Assembly: GCA_002104905.1 (NCBI GenBank)
Contig: MCFE01000041.1
Location: 62,001 to 126,000 of the forward strand
Direction: 5' to 3'
DNA length: 64,000 nucleotides
Source of the DNA: Basidiobolus meristosporus CBS 931.73
Lineage: Eukaryota > Fungi > Basidiobolomycota
The notes under the pieces were generated by a model. The model was given only the letters and a program-made list of their open reading frames with translations. It did not search any database and was not told where the DNA came from. The position numbers and the translations under genes are program-made. This document shows, one piece after another, positions 26,601 to 40,130 of the stretch (its first letter is position 1; each line of letters starts with the position of its first letter).

Positions 26601-28558
26601 CACAAGGGAAAGGACTACCCTGTTGCCTTTGAATCCAAGAAACTGAGCTCAGCAGAACAAAACTATCCCATGCATGAGAAGGAGATGCTTGCTATTATAC
26701 ACTGCCTGAAGACATGGAGATGCTATATTGAAGGAGTCAAATGCACGGTAAAGACTGATCATGCCTCACTGAAGTATATATTTACTCAGAAGGTTCTATC
26801 CAGAAGAATGACAAGATGGAGTGAATACATTCAGCAATTTGACTTGGAGATTGTCTACTGCCCTGAGAAAAACAACACGGTTGCTGATGCCTTATCAAGA
26901 CTAGAACAAGTGGCACAACTCAACTTGGTGCATGAATCAGATTGGCCTAACTTTTTACCACAATACTTGGAGGACCAAGCCATTCCTAATGAGGTGGATG
27001 AAGAGATAAAGAAGATAATCCAGGATGAAACACTCTACCAAATTGTTGATGGAGGCCCTATTCCTATTGTCCTTCTGTTGCTTGCCTGGATTTAATACAT
27101 AAGCTACACAATGGATATGGACATCTTGGGACTGAAGGAACCTATAGCCTTGTGAAAACCAGAGCATGGTGGCCCAGAATGAAACAAGATATTGAGAAGC
27201 TAGTGAAAAAATGCCCAAACTGCCAAATCAATCAAGGCCAGCCACAAAGAATTGCCAAACTCTTCCCTTTGGAGCCAGTAAGACCATTTGATAGATGGGG
27301 AATTGACTTTATTGGAAGACTGCCAACCACCAGGAAATGCAACCATTGGATCATAGTAGCAATTGGCCATGCCACTAAATGGCCAGTTGCTAAAGCTGTA
27401 CCAATAGCCAGTGAGCAAGTAGTTGCAAGTTTCATTTACCATGAGATCCTGATGAAGTTTGGATGCCCTGTGGAGATCTTATCTGATAGAGGAGCAAACT
27501 TTATGGCAAAGACATTAGAGACTTACCTGGAAATGCAGCAGATTGAACACCTGAAAACCTTGGCATATCACCCCAGAACTAATGGAGTCACTGAATGCTT
27601 TAATGGATTATTTGGAAAAATGCTGACCAAGTATGCAAATGAAGCTGTCAGTAGATGGGATGAGTATATAGATCAAGCACTTTTTGCCTGCAGAGTTAGA
27701 GTGCACAACACAACGCAACAATTACCATTTTACTTAGTGTATGGATGTAAACAAAGGATTCCAGGAGATCTCACACAACCCAAGCCTACAGATGCCTTAG
27801 AAGATGAACTTAGTTAGCCCAGTAGACACCAGCAACTGGAACAAAGACATCAAGAGGCACAGACCAAGGTATCTCAAAGTGTAGAAAAGATGAAGCAGAG
27901 ATTTGATAAGACTATAGCACCCAAAGCATTGACAATTGGGAACTTTGTATTGCTAAGAAACAACACTTGGAAGAAATTTGAGCCACAATGGACAGGACCA
28001 TTCAAGATCATCAGAGAATGTCCATTTGCAACTTACCAATTGGTGGACAAACAAGGCAATATCTGGGAAGACTTAGTGCATAGGGACAGACTCAAGCTTG
28101 CAAGACTTGCTGATAATACTGAACCATCAAGATATTGGTATCACAAGAAAAGTGATTCAGGAGAACCCTCACAACTTTAGTAGGGGAGAATGTAATGATC
28201 TGCTGCTTGAATGTTTAAGTTGGATCAGTTTTTATTCAAATCAATTAGTATATGTTTAGGTTATCAGTATATCAGCATTATCTATCAAATCAGTAGCATT
28301 AGTCAGCAAATGAATCAGCAGATCCTTATCAGACAGGAATAGATATATTAAGTAGGATCTTATTGGGTGATGATGATGCAATTAAATGAGTCATCAGCCA
28401 CAACCTACATTAGGAAATACAATTAGTCAGCAATTGATCTGGCAAAATGTATATAAGGAGCTGCTGGAACTTCAATAAAAATCAGTTCAAGTTTTAGTGA
28501 ATACAATACTAGCTAAACTCCCTATTCCTCTACAACTCGTATACCAAGACTTGTAACA
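23649..28558 (+). mobile_element. Ty3/Gypsy LTR retrotransposon, full length (4910 bp), degenerate
   Basis: 368-bp LTRs 23649-24016 and 28191-28558 with about 7 differences by eye. PBS TGGTAGCAG (tRNAiMet-type), PPT taggggagaa, 4-bp TSD CATT. Confidence 0.95.
24075..28180 (+). pseudogene. Gypsy gag-pol with several stops; no chromodomain seen
   Basis: gag with CFNCHQQGHISKHC, protease IDSGA, RT ([18 protein letters not shown]), RNaseH (EQNYPMHEKE), integrase (RWGIDFIG, YHPRTNG) and GPF module (WTGPFKI). Confidence 0.92.
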
Positions 28559-30407
28559 CATTAGGAACTCAAGGCCAAGCAGAATGCACTTGACTTGCTC
28601 CACAAGTATTATCCTGGATTCAAATAGGCTAACAGATTTTGGGACAGCATTGGTATGCTCTGAAAGTATCTTGAGAATAGCAGAAACTATCAAAGGCAGA
28701 AGAACAAGGGTGCCATGGCTAAAAACTAGCAGCTTCCTCAAGAGTCTATTACAAGTAGGGCCAAAAGCTCCAGACAAGTGTCAAAGAGATGTCAGGCAGC
28801 TGGAAGAGTGCCAATTGGGGACAAACAGGCAGACATGGATGCACCAGCACAACATTTATCAAGGAAAAAGCGTAGTACCACTGAAGAAGCACCCAGTCAA
28901 AGTAGCAGTGAAGGACCTGGCAGTGATCAAAACCAGCTGCTTTTACCAGAGCCTGTCACAACTATGTTGAGAGCTCAAAGCAAGCTGAAAAGAAATGTCA
29001 GGTTACCAGAAGAGTGCCAGCAAGGGACAAGCAGGCCAAAACAGATGCGTCAGAGCAGTATTTATCTAGGAGAAAACGTAGTTCTTTACAAGAAGCACTT
29101 CAACAAAATAGCAGTGAAAGACCTGGCAATGATAAAGGAAATGGTAAAGGGAAAAATGCCTACCTAAGCCAGAGACAGGGAAGCATGCAAAAAAAACTGC
29201 AGTTTTTGCCAATTAACTCCGCAAGCCAGGAACAGACTGAGCCCCATCATAGCCAAGAAGAATTACCAACAAGAAAACAGCTGTTTTCACAAGATTTGAA
29301 AGCGCAGCCAGTTGAGCTACACTCTAGCAAGGTAGATGAGTTTGCTGACAAAGGCAATTTGTCTACCACAGCATCCACAGCCTCCACTGTTGACCAAGTG
29401 GAGATCCCACTGACAGACAAGGCTACAATGTCAAGAGCTCAAAAAACTATCACAATGCCTTCAGTGGAGTTTTGGAACATTAATAGGCACACTAAGAGGT
29501 TGCAGCACTTCTTCAAGAGCAGTGCTCAGGAAAATGCACTTGAATATTGCAAGGATTTATTGCAAAGACTGGCAGATGAGGAGCTATACCTTGCAGTGCT
29601 GGCTGAAGACCAGGACATGTGGGAACCAGTGAATGAACTGTGGCATCAAGCCTTTGGGTTCCTGCCAAAGTTGTGGAACCAGAGTGTTACAGCAGAAATA
29701 CTTATTGAGTGGTGGATTTAATAGAGTTACTAGTTGAGTGTGAGATTGGGCTCAATGTTAGTGTAGGGTATAGAGACTTGTATAGGTAAATACAATTGGC
29801 AATTGAGGTACAACCAAAGCTTCAACAGAAATAAATCAATTTGTATGCATGAAAAGTATGAGAAACAGTTGTGTCAGGAAGTAAGGAGTGTGAAAGTGAG
29901 GCAATAGCCAATCAATTGATACAAATGTAGGAGGTGATAGAGTGTCCAGGATCAGAAAGTGAGCAAATTGGCAGGGAACCAATCAAAAGCCACACATATA
30001 TTGTTGTGATGAAAAATTTTGGCTAAGCTTTTTGTGAAATCTGGGGTGCAATTATTTTTCAATGGTCTCTGGACAGTGTCTTGATGAGATCAGTACCTAT
30101 TAGTTACAAGACTTTCACTTTTTGACGGCCTTTTGACAGGATAATCTCAATAATTTTTCATAGGGATATTCTCACCAAAATACCAGGTACCCAGAGCATG
30201 ATAATTCTCAAAGTTGTCCAAACAGCCCCAAGCTTTACACACATGTTTTTGGCACCTTTCTTAACCTATTCTACATGTTTGTTATGCCAAGACCATGTAA
30301 AAGTATAAAAACTACTATTACATTCAATCAATCAAAAAGTGAAAACCACATAATCTACTTGTCATCCCAATCACTTCCAATATCTCAAAGACTCTTACAA
30401 CAGATTG

Positions 30408-30789
30408 GACATATTAAGCTCATTAGATAGGCTGGATTTAGTCTCTTCTAATATCTTGAGGTTATTAGTTGCTAAAATAAGACCGTCCAAGTATAGAGCT
30501 AATGGAACTGGACTTGCTCAATCTGGCTTATAGTATATACTATGGTCTGAATTACTCCTTTTAGCACTCCAAGATTCTAAATACAAGTCAATTTTACAAT
30601 TCTGGTCTCTTGGTAATTGTTTGAGTCCATATAGAGACTTAAGCTTGCAGACCAAAAGGGGGTTATCTTGCTAAACAAACCCATCAGACTCATCCACAAA
30701 CATGTCCTCATTAAGTTCTCCATTCAAAAATGCAGCTTACATCCACTTGATGAACAAAAATTTATATTGGCTGCAATAGCCAATATTAA
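30408..30789 (-). mobile_element. Continuation of Copia Z (RT region)
   Basis: Reverse complement of Copia RT sequence that resumes right after TSD GATTG and is cut at 30789 by a CACTA-like end. Confidence 0.85.
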
Positions 30790-32295
30790 CCTTGTGAAAA
30801 ATTATTGTAATGATCCCTTCAAAAGGCCATCATAAGTTTAAAGTCCTGTGACTAAGAGGTACTGATCATATCAGGTCACTGTTCAGCAACTGTTGAAAAA
30901 TAATTGCACCCCAGATTTCACAAAATACTTGGTCAAAATATTTCATCACAAAAGTACATTAGGTAGCTTTTGATTGGTTCCCAGTCAATTTGCCCACTTT
31001 CTGATCCCAGACACTCTGTGACCTCCTACATTTGTGTGCATTGATTGGCTATTGCTTTTTTTCACACTCCTTACTTCCTGACTCAACCATTTCTCTTACT
31101 TTTCATGAGTACAAATTGATTTATATTTGTTGAAACTTCAGTTGTACATCAATTGCCAATTGTAATGACCTATACAAGTCCCTATACACTGCACTAACAT
31201 TAAGCCCAACCCCACACTCAACAAGTAACTCATTTGAAATCCACTACTCAATAAGTATTTCTGCTGTAATGCTCTAGTTCCACAACTATGATGGGAACCC
31301 AACAGCTTTATGCCACTATTCAATCACAGGATCCCACATGTCCTGATGCTCAGCCAGCACTACAAGGTCTAGCACTTCATCAGCCAGTCTATGCAATAAA
31401 TCCTTGCAATATTCAAATGCATTTTCTTGAGCACTGCTCTTGATGAAGTGCTGTAACCTCTTGGTTTGCCTATTAGTGTTCCAAACTTCTGCTGAAGACA
31501 TTGTGATAGTATTTTAAGTTTTTCATGTTGTGGCCTTGTCTGTCAGTGGGATCTCCACTCTGACAATAATGGAGGACATAAAAGCTGTGGTAGTCAAATT
31601 GCCTTTTTCTGCAAACTCATCTACCTTGCTGGTGTGTAGCTCAACTGGCTGCACTTTTAACACTTGTGAAAACAGCTGATTTTTTGTTTATAATTCTTCT
31701 TGGCTACAATGGGATTCAGTCTGTTCCAGGCTTACGGCATTGATTGCCAAGAAGTGCAGTTTTTTTTGCATGCTTCCCTGTCTCAGGCTTAGGTAGACAT
31801 TTTTCCCTTTACCTTTTTCTTTATCACTGCCAGGTTGCTCACTGCTACTTTGTCTGAGAGCTTCTTGTAATGAACTACATTTTCTTCTTTATACATTCAG
31901 CTCTGACGCATCAGTTATGGCCTGCTTGTCCCCTGCTGGCAGTCTTTTGGCAACCTGATGTTTCTTTTCCGCTTTTTTCAAGCTCTCAACTGTAGTCGTG
32001 AAGGGCTCCTGTAAAAGCTGCTGGTCTTTATCACTGCCAGGTCCTTCACTGCTACTTTGACTGAGTGCTTCTTAAGTGTCACTACACTTTTCCATAATAA
32101 ATGTTGTGCTGGTGCATGTGTGTCTGCCTGCATGTCCCTAATGGTACTTTTCCAGCTACCTGGCATCTCTTGGATGTTTGCCTGGAGCTTTTGGCCCTGC
32201 TTGTAACAGGCTCTTGAGGAAGCCACTGGTTTTTAGCCATGGCACCCTTGTTCTTCTGCCTTTGATAGTTTCTGCTATTCTTAAGATACTTCCTG
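30790..32295 (-). mobile_element. CACTA-like fragment X1: degenerate terminus and ORF2 3' part
   Basis: ccttgtgaaaaattattg resembles the family TIR; the sequence is the reverse complement of C1 ~28670-30165. Confidence 0.75.
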
Positions 32296-35200
32296 ATTCC
32301 CATAATTCCTGGTTTTCAGCTGGTGCTGCAAGGTCTAGTCCCTCAACTGCTAGTATTTGTAATAAATCCTTGCAATATTCCAGTGCATTTCTTGAGCACT
32401 GCTCTTGAAGAAGTGCTGCAACCTCTTGGTGTGCCTATTAATGTTCTAAGATTCTACTGAAAGCATTGTGATAACCTTTTGAGTTCTTAACACTGCTGCT
32501 TTGTATGTCAGTGGGGTCTTCACTCTGACAACAATGAAGGACAGAGAGGCTGTGGTAGACAAATAGCCTTTTTCAGCAAACTCATCTACCTTGCTGGAGT
32601 GTAGCTCAACTGGTTGCGCTTCCAACTCTTATGAAAACAAGAACCGCAGTTTTTTTGCATGCCTCCCTGTCTTGGGCTTAGATAGGCATTTCTCCCTTTA
32701 CCTTTTCCATTATCACTATATGTCTTTCACTGCTACTTTGTCTGCATGCTTCCTGTAAAGAAATATGTCTTCTCCTGGATAAATTCTGCTCCAACACATC
32801 TGTTTTGGCCTGCTTGTCTCTTGCTGGCACTCTTCTGGCAACCTGATGGTGGACCTTGCTTCACCTTATGGGAGTCTCCTATTGAGCAGATGTGTGGGGA
32901 GATAGGACAACAAGTCAAGTTGTGGGTACTACCCTATCCTAATTTCAACAAGAATATTACCTTCATATCCCTCATGGATGTGATGAGTTGGCTCATGGAG
33001 GACAGCCAGAAAGAGTTGGAAAATACAGAAGACAAATGTGCACATGGAGACACCTATGCCTAAGGTGTTCAGAAGCTAAGCAGCCCCAATGCATGGGTAA
33101 TCTGTTAAGTAATGCAAAGTTGAGTTGCGTGCAACAAGCAGCTAATTTTTATCAGGAAAACTCTACCAAGATATGCCTGATTCATTGTGGTCACAAGCCA
33201 GCTTCTACACCATTGAATATGGAATCCACACAAACAAAAGACAGAGCGCACCTATAAGCAGGACTAGAATTCAGCAGGGAGAAGGATTATATTGGCTAAA
33301 TACCAAGAAGTTCTTTGTGAATATTGAGGCAATATTCATGTTAGAAGTGTCAGCAATCAAGCATATTTTTGCAAGATGTATATGTTACCAGCCGTGCAAG
33401 ATATATGGCAACTTTGCATGCATCAAACTAAAAAGGCATAAAGTTGAGGTGATAGAAGTATGTCAATTGTGGTAGGTGTGCATATTTGCAGAGGTCAGTA
33501 AGCAAGAGGCCACATCTTTTTTGATTCAAACTATAGACTTGTTCTGTTGGAAAGTGTCACAAAGTGCCAGATTGATCTGGCACTGTATGGCACTATCTGG
33601 CACTATAATTTCTACCATAAAGCCAGTAGTAGGATATAGTTGCTGGTGACTTTACTCAATCTTACTTATGTTGATCAAAATAGTACTTTCCTTGCTTTAC
33701 TTACGCTTCATAATGTTCCAGACACATTTCTCTCAGTGGATGTCTTCTTGTATGAATCACTGAGCACTAATAGTTATTTTGACTACTTTACCTATTCTGC
33801 AGTTTTCTCCTACATGACTCTCCTCTGTATTTACCTGCCAACATGCTGAAGCTCTGTCAATATCCCAAAGTATACTCCACCCTCACTCTGAAATGATTAA
33901 ATATCTTATTGTAGAGCTTCTGCTTCCTGCAAACCACACTATTCCTTGGCTTCCTACAAGCTGTAATACATCTTAATCTCTGACAATCCTCTCCTATATA
34001 AGCTAAGTCTGCCATACATTTCTCTCCTCTATTGAGTTCTGGATGGTTCTCTACCTACCCTATAAATAATATTGAGATGATCTCATCAAAAGGCCATCAC
34101 AGAGTGAAAGTCCCATGACTAAGAGGTACTAATCTTTTCAAGACACCATCCAGAGACCGTTGAAAATTAATTGCACCCTAAATTTCACAAAAAACTTGGT
34201 CAAAGTTTTTGATCACAACAATGTAAAAGTGGCTTTTGATTGGTTCCCTGCCAATTTACTCACTTTCTGATCCTGAACACTCTATTGCCTCCTATTTTGT
34301 GTGAATTGATTGGCTATTGCCTCTTTCTCATACTCCTTACTTCCTGACTCAACCATTTCTCTTATTTTTCATGCGTACAAATTGATTGATTTCCATTGAA
34401 ACTTCAGTTGTACCTCAATTGCCAGTTGTACTGACCTATTCAAGTCCCTATACCCTACACTAACATTAAGCCCAATCTCACACTCAACTAGTAACTCCAT
34501 TAAATCCACCACTCAATCAGTATTTCTGCTGTAACACTCTGGTTCCACAACTTTGGCAGGAACCTAACGGCTTTATGCCACTGTTCATTCACTGGTTCCC
34601 ACACATCCTGGTCATCAGCTGGCACTGCAAGGTCTAGCTCCTCATCTGCCAGTCTTTACAGTAAATCCTTGCAATATTCCAGTGGTTTTTCTTGAGCACT
34701 GCTCTTGAAGAGGTGCTGCAACCTCTTGGTGTGCCTATTGATGTTCCAAAACTTCACTGAAGACATTGAGATAGTATTTTGAGCTCTTGACATTGTAGCC
34801 TTGTCTGTTGGTGGGATCTCCACTCTGTCAACAACAGAGGCTGTGAATGCTGTGGTAGACAAATTGCCTTTGTCAGCAAACACATCTACCTTGCTGGAGT
34901 GTAGCTCAACTGGCTGTGCTTCCAATTATTTCAAAAGCAAATGTTTTCTTGTTGGTAATTCTTCTTAGCTATGATGGGATTCAGTCTGTTCCTGGCTTGC
35001 AGCGTTAATTGGCAAGAACTGTAGTTTTTTTTGCATGCCTCCCTGTCTCAGGCTTGGACAGACATTTTTCCCTTTACCTTCTCCTTTGTCATTTGCAGGT
35101 CTTTGATAACTATTTGGTATGAGTGCCTCTTATAAAAACTACGTTTTCTCCCGGATAAATTCTGCTACGATGCATCTGTTTTGGCCTGCTTGTCCCTTGC

Positions 35201-35691
35201 TGGCATTCTTCTGGCAGCCTGATGTTTCTTTTCAGCTTGTTTTGAGCTCTCAACCATAGTTGTGACCAGCTCCTGTAAAGTAGCTGGCTTTTGTCACTGC
35301 CAGGCCTTTGGTGCTACTTTGACTGGGTGCTTCTTGAGTGGTACTATGCCTTTTCCTTGATAAATGTTTTGCTGGTGCATCTGTGTCTGCCTGCTTATCA
35401 CTATTTGGCACTCTTCCAGCTGCCTGACGTCTCTTTGATGTTTGTCTAGATCTTTTGGCCCTGCTTGTAACAGGCTCTTGAGAAAGCTGCTGATTTTTAG
35501 CCATGGATCCCTTGTTTTTCCACCTTTAATAGTTGCTGCTACTCTTGAGATACTTCCTTAGCATACCATTGCTGTCCCAAAATCCATTTGCCTGTTTGAA
35601 TCTAGTATAATGCTCACCGAACTAGTCAAGTGCATTCTGCTTGGCCTTGAGTTCCTGATGGTCCCATGGTATGCCGGCCTTAAGGTGATGG

Positions 35692-36058
35692 TGTTACAAG
35701 TCTTGGTATAAGAGCTGTAGAGGAATAGGGAGTTTAGCTAGTATTGTATTCACTAAAACTTGAACTGATTTTTATTGAGGTTCCAGCAGCTCCTTATATA
35801 CATTTTGCCAGATCAATTGCTGACTAATTGTATTTCCTAATGTAGGTTATGGCTGATGACTCATTTAATTGCATCATCATCACCCAATAAATCCTACTTA
35901 ATATATCTATTTCTGTCTGATAAGGATCTGCTAATTCATTTGCTGACTAATGCTACTGATTTCATGGATAATACTGATATACTGATAACCTAAACTTAAA
36001 CTAATTGATTTGACCAAAAACTGATCTAACTTAAACATTCAAGCAGCAGATCATAACA
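35692..36058 (-). mobile_element. Solo LTR of the Gypsy family at 23649-28558
   Basis: Reverse complement of the 368-bp LTR; 4-bp TSD ATGG on both sides. Confidence 0.93.
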
Positions 36059-37045
36059 ATGGTGTGCTAGACTTCTGACTCCCTCTGGTATAATAGCCCA
36101 CTTTTAATTGTTGCACTCAACAGCTTCATGGATCTTCAATGTCTTTTGATTTTTAGGCTTTGGTATAAACACCACATTGTCTCCCTCCCATGCTGCGATA
36201 GGTTTTTCTGAGGGCTTTATTTTTGGGGACTGATGTTAATCTTTGAAGACTGTATGGTGTTGTTCTGCTGTTACATCAGGAAATGTCTCAATTCTTGGCT
36301 GTGACATTGAGCTACTTGAGTTCCTACTTTGGTGCAAAGATACTGCATTCTCTACCTGGTATATCAATTGCTCTACACATATTATCTGCTCATCATGTTT
36401 CTGGACTATTTCCTGATTTCTCTGGGCCATTGCATCTATCCTATCAGCCACTGCACCTAATTACTTCATTAATGCTTTGGTATGAGCTGACAACATACCT
36501 GTTAATATGGGTGGTGGTGATGTTATCATGACAACTTGCTGATCTTCAACTGAGGGTCCTGCATTTGCTACATTCTCATCTGCCTGAGCATAACAGTCAG
36601 CTTGTGGCTCTACAGAGGTTCTCAATTGCCTACTTGACTAAGAGCCTGAGGAGTCCACATTATTACCTTCAATGGGTACACTGTCCACAGGGCCTTTTTT
36701 GGATGTAGCCCCACTTGTTGCACTAAATGCCAAAGCAAGCTGCTGTCCAACTGTTCTTTGGTTGCTGTCAGCAGTAGGGTTTGGTTGAGAACCAGACAAC
36801 TTTGCTAGATATTTTGGCAGCATGTATATGGAAGTGAGTCAAACCAAAGGGGAAATAGTGTTACATGTATATGTGTATGTGGTGCCACAACTTTATTCAC
36901 AATGCTTACTATGGCAGGTCATCATTGAATCTTACATTCATGTAGGTGCAATGTCTCAAATACAAGACTGTCTTTGGTTCACATGAGTATTGACTAAGAA
37001 GTGATATAATAGCGTTATGTTGTTGAAGGTCAAACTGTTTGACCC

Positions 37046-39850
37046 ATGGATAAGACTACTCTGACTCAATGCAGTAAGAGAAGAGAAAAAAGACCATATG
37101 GCTATTGTGGTAAGCCTCTCAGCTATGAAGCACTCAGACAGTATAGGAAGTATTACAAGGATCACAGCCAGTGTTTTGCCACCCAAGCCACATATGATCA
37201 TTCATTGATCACTACTGTACCAACATTTTCTTGCCAGCCAGTTGATACTTCTATTTTGGCACCTGGCTGTTTTTGTCACCTTGCGCAAACTGAGTCAGGT
37301 GTGTTTGTGATGCCTTTGGGCTCACCTCAGCCTTCTGAATATGGCACGCAGAGTGATAGCACTGACAAAGTAGGTTCACTGATGGATTTTGAGCCTATCT
37401 CCCCTAACAACAGTACCAAGCATGAGCCTGTTCAATCCCTATATGCAATGAGACAACACCCATTGAAATAAATGCCAAGGATACTTTATGGAGCCAAGTG
37501 AGCCCAGTAATCCATTTAGTGGTGAATGATGTAATGTTGTGGCTAGAGAAGTGGCACATTTCCACTAATATCAGTAATGAGGGCTTTGAGGATTTATCAT
37601 TACTTCTTGCCAAAATGTTACCAGGATGCAACTTACCATGTACATGGTACAAGTGGTCAACTGTCATGTGTCTGGCAACATATGCTCCAGATACTGTCCT
37701 GATTCCATCATGTGTTAACATTTGCATGGCATTCACATCCAAAAATGCTACAATTGCAACGTGTCCAAATTGTCAGGAATCCACCACCATTGAGGGAGAA
37801 CAATATTCACACTCCAGATATATTCTGGTCATACCCCATCTGAGGAAGCTGATGCAGTCCAACAAATATTGCAAAGCTATACAGTACCGCTCTCAGCATC
37901 AATCAAGCACAATCATATCCAATATATTCAATGGCAAACATTACAAACAGCTAAGAAGCAAGGGCTAATTTGAAGGTAGGTATGACTATGCCTTTGCTTT
38001 AGCACTCGATGGATTCTCATTAAACAAGTACTCTACCTGCAAATCCTGCAGGCTACTGATTCCTATCAATCTGAATTGGCCACCCATCTTACAGTATCAG
38101 AGCAATAATCTAATGGTAGTCTCACTGGTATCTAGGCCAAAATCACCGTCCAACCTGGATAACTACTTGTATCCATTGCCAGATGAGTTTTGTATGCTTT
38201 CCAATGGGATAATGGTATATGGCCGTCATGTAAAAGCGCATATTAATATTTGCCTTGAATATATCTCAGCCATCAGCAAGATAGCAGGTTTTTCTAGGCA
38301 AAATGGTCAGTATTGCTGTTGAATGTGTGAGATCTAAGGGATTTACTCTATAGCTCACACACATCATTATTACCCTAACACCAGTACCAAGAACAACATC
38401 TTTCCACAAAGAGAACATACAGATGTAAGCATGCAATAGCAGCAAAGCTGTCAAGCTACAAGCCATTGGGCAGAATATGGAATCAATTGGAAACTGGAGA
38501 TACTTAAGATAGAGGGTATCTGTTGGAGCAAAAGCTTTCCACTGGGAGCAATGTATTTGCTTTTCAACAATAAACCTATACTGATGACCAAGTTATACAT
38601 GGGGCATTTCAAACTAAATGAGCCCATTGAGATACTGGAGAAATTTGGAAGAATTGGCAAGATATAACTGGGTATCCGCTATCCTGAGTACTTCTCACAG
38701 ACTCCAATCAATATTCATACACATTTGCAACAATGCAATTGCAAAGACTGGATGAACTGGATATGTATTTATTCAAGTGGTGCTCTGAAGCCATTCCTAC
38801 CAAAGGTACATTGGAAGCATTGGGAGTGATATGTGGACATTGTGGGAATATTTATCTAGAAGTGGATCACCAATGCCAACTTGACACATCTACAGCTGTT
38901 GTGTGAGGAGTTTGTGATGGGATTTGAGCAGCTATACTACAAACATAAAGCTGAAAATGTAGATCTCTGCCACTACTGTATGCATTTTCTACTCCATCTT
39001 GAACAGTTTGTGGAGAATATTGGGCCTTGCTTTACCTTTTGGGAGTTTCCTATGGAGCACATGTGTGGGGAGATAGGAAGACATGTCAAATTGCAGGTAC
39101 TACCATATCCCAATCTCATCAAGTATATTACCTTCAAGTCCATAAAGGATTAGATGAGTTGGCAAATGGAGGACAGCCAGAAAGCGCTGGAAAATACTGT
39201 GTTCACATGTGCACATGGAGACACCTATGTCTATGGCATTAAGAAGCTAAGCAGCCCTAATGCATGGGTCATTGGTTACGTAATGTAAAGTTGGGTTGGG
39301 TGCAACAAGCAGCTAAATTTTATCAGGAAAACTCCACCAAAATATGCCTGATTTATTGTGGTCACAAGCCAGCTTCTACACCAATCAATATGTAATTCAC
39401 ACACACAAAAGCCAGAGCACACCTATAAGCTGGACTAGAATTCAGCAGGGAGAAGGAATATATTGGCTAAATAACAAGAAGTTCTTTGCGGATATTTGGG
39501 AGGTGTTCATGGCAGAAGTGACAATAACCAAGCATATGTTCAAAAGATATATAGATTACCAGCAGTACAAGGTACATGGCAACTCTGCAAGTTTCACACT
39601 AAAAAGCTGTAAAGTTGAGGTGATAGAAATCTGTCAATTGCGGCAGGTGAGCGCATTTGTAGTGGTTAGTAAGTAGGAGGCCATAGTCTTTTTGATTCAC
39701 ACTATATGTGGAATACCTAAGGTAGTAGGGGGTAAGCAAATAAAGAAGGGTGATTTCACAGTGGAATATATGAATTGCACAAGGGGAGGTAGAAAAAGGA
39801 AATACCATTTGGTAAATTGGTATGGTGGCATTATACAGAACTAGTGGTAG
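37046..39850 (+). pseudogene. Transposase_21-like transposase of C3, broken
   Basis: ORF pieces 37046-37471, 37498-37968, 38113-38322, 38881-39153 and 39344-39676 are homologous to the C1 transposase. Confidence 0.85.
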
Positions 39851-40130
39851 GCCATCATACTGCCAATATAATGCCATCAGAGTTTTGCTGTGAGGCTGTC
39901 AAAATACAGTCAAGTTTCTTGCCATATAATGCAATTAGATGTCCTGGCCACTGGATTTACTCAAAATAGTTATAGAGCACTGAAAGACCGTAACAATACC
40001 ATGCAAATATTGCTACAGCACCAATAAAATACTGTCAGGTTTTTTCCCTTTATTCAGCTGTAAAATTAGCAGAACACTGTCATGATCTTGTCATAAGATT
40101 GTTAGGAGGGTTACTAATTCCAAGCTGCTG

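Larger units (their letters stand above)
22854..29721 (+). pseudogene. ORF2 of CACTA-like C1 (coiled-coil, unknown function), interrupted by Gypsy
   Basis: Pieces 23123-23443, 23486-23648 and 28563-29721. Homologous pieces occur in the other copies (34500-36820 minus, 31200-32850 minus, 48171-48520 minus). Confidence 0.6.
18725..30165. mobile_element. CACTA/EnSpm-like DNA transposon C1, full length (~5.8 kb net), inserted in the 3' LTR of Copia A
   Basis: Termini CCCTAT...ATAGGG with apparent 4-bp TSD ATAT (18721-18724, 30166-30169). Carries a Transposase_21-like gene on minus and a divergent ORF2 on plus. After removing the MITE and Gypsy insertions, its length matches C3. Confidence 0.85.
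3839..30402 (+). mobile_element. Copia element A, degenerate; hosts B, C, a solo LTR and CACTA-like C1
   Basis: 5' LTR 3839-4184 (TGTTGTAA...TTACAACA) and PBS GGTTATGAGCCC. The 3' LTR is split into 18610-18724 and 30166-30402. 5-bp TSD GATTG at 3834-3838 and 30403-30407. gag at 4216-4914; pol remnants at 15353-18602. Confidence 0.9.

Noticed and set aside
27890-28180. Chromodomain at the Gypsy integrase end
   Set aside because: Only the GPF module is present before the stop and PPT; there is no chromodomain-length extension.
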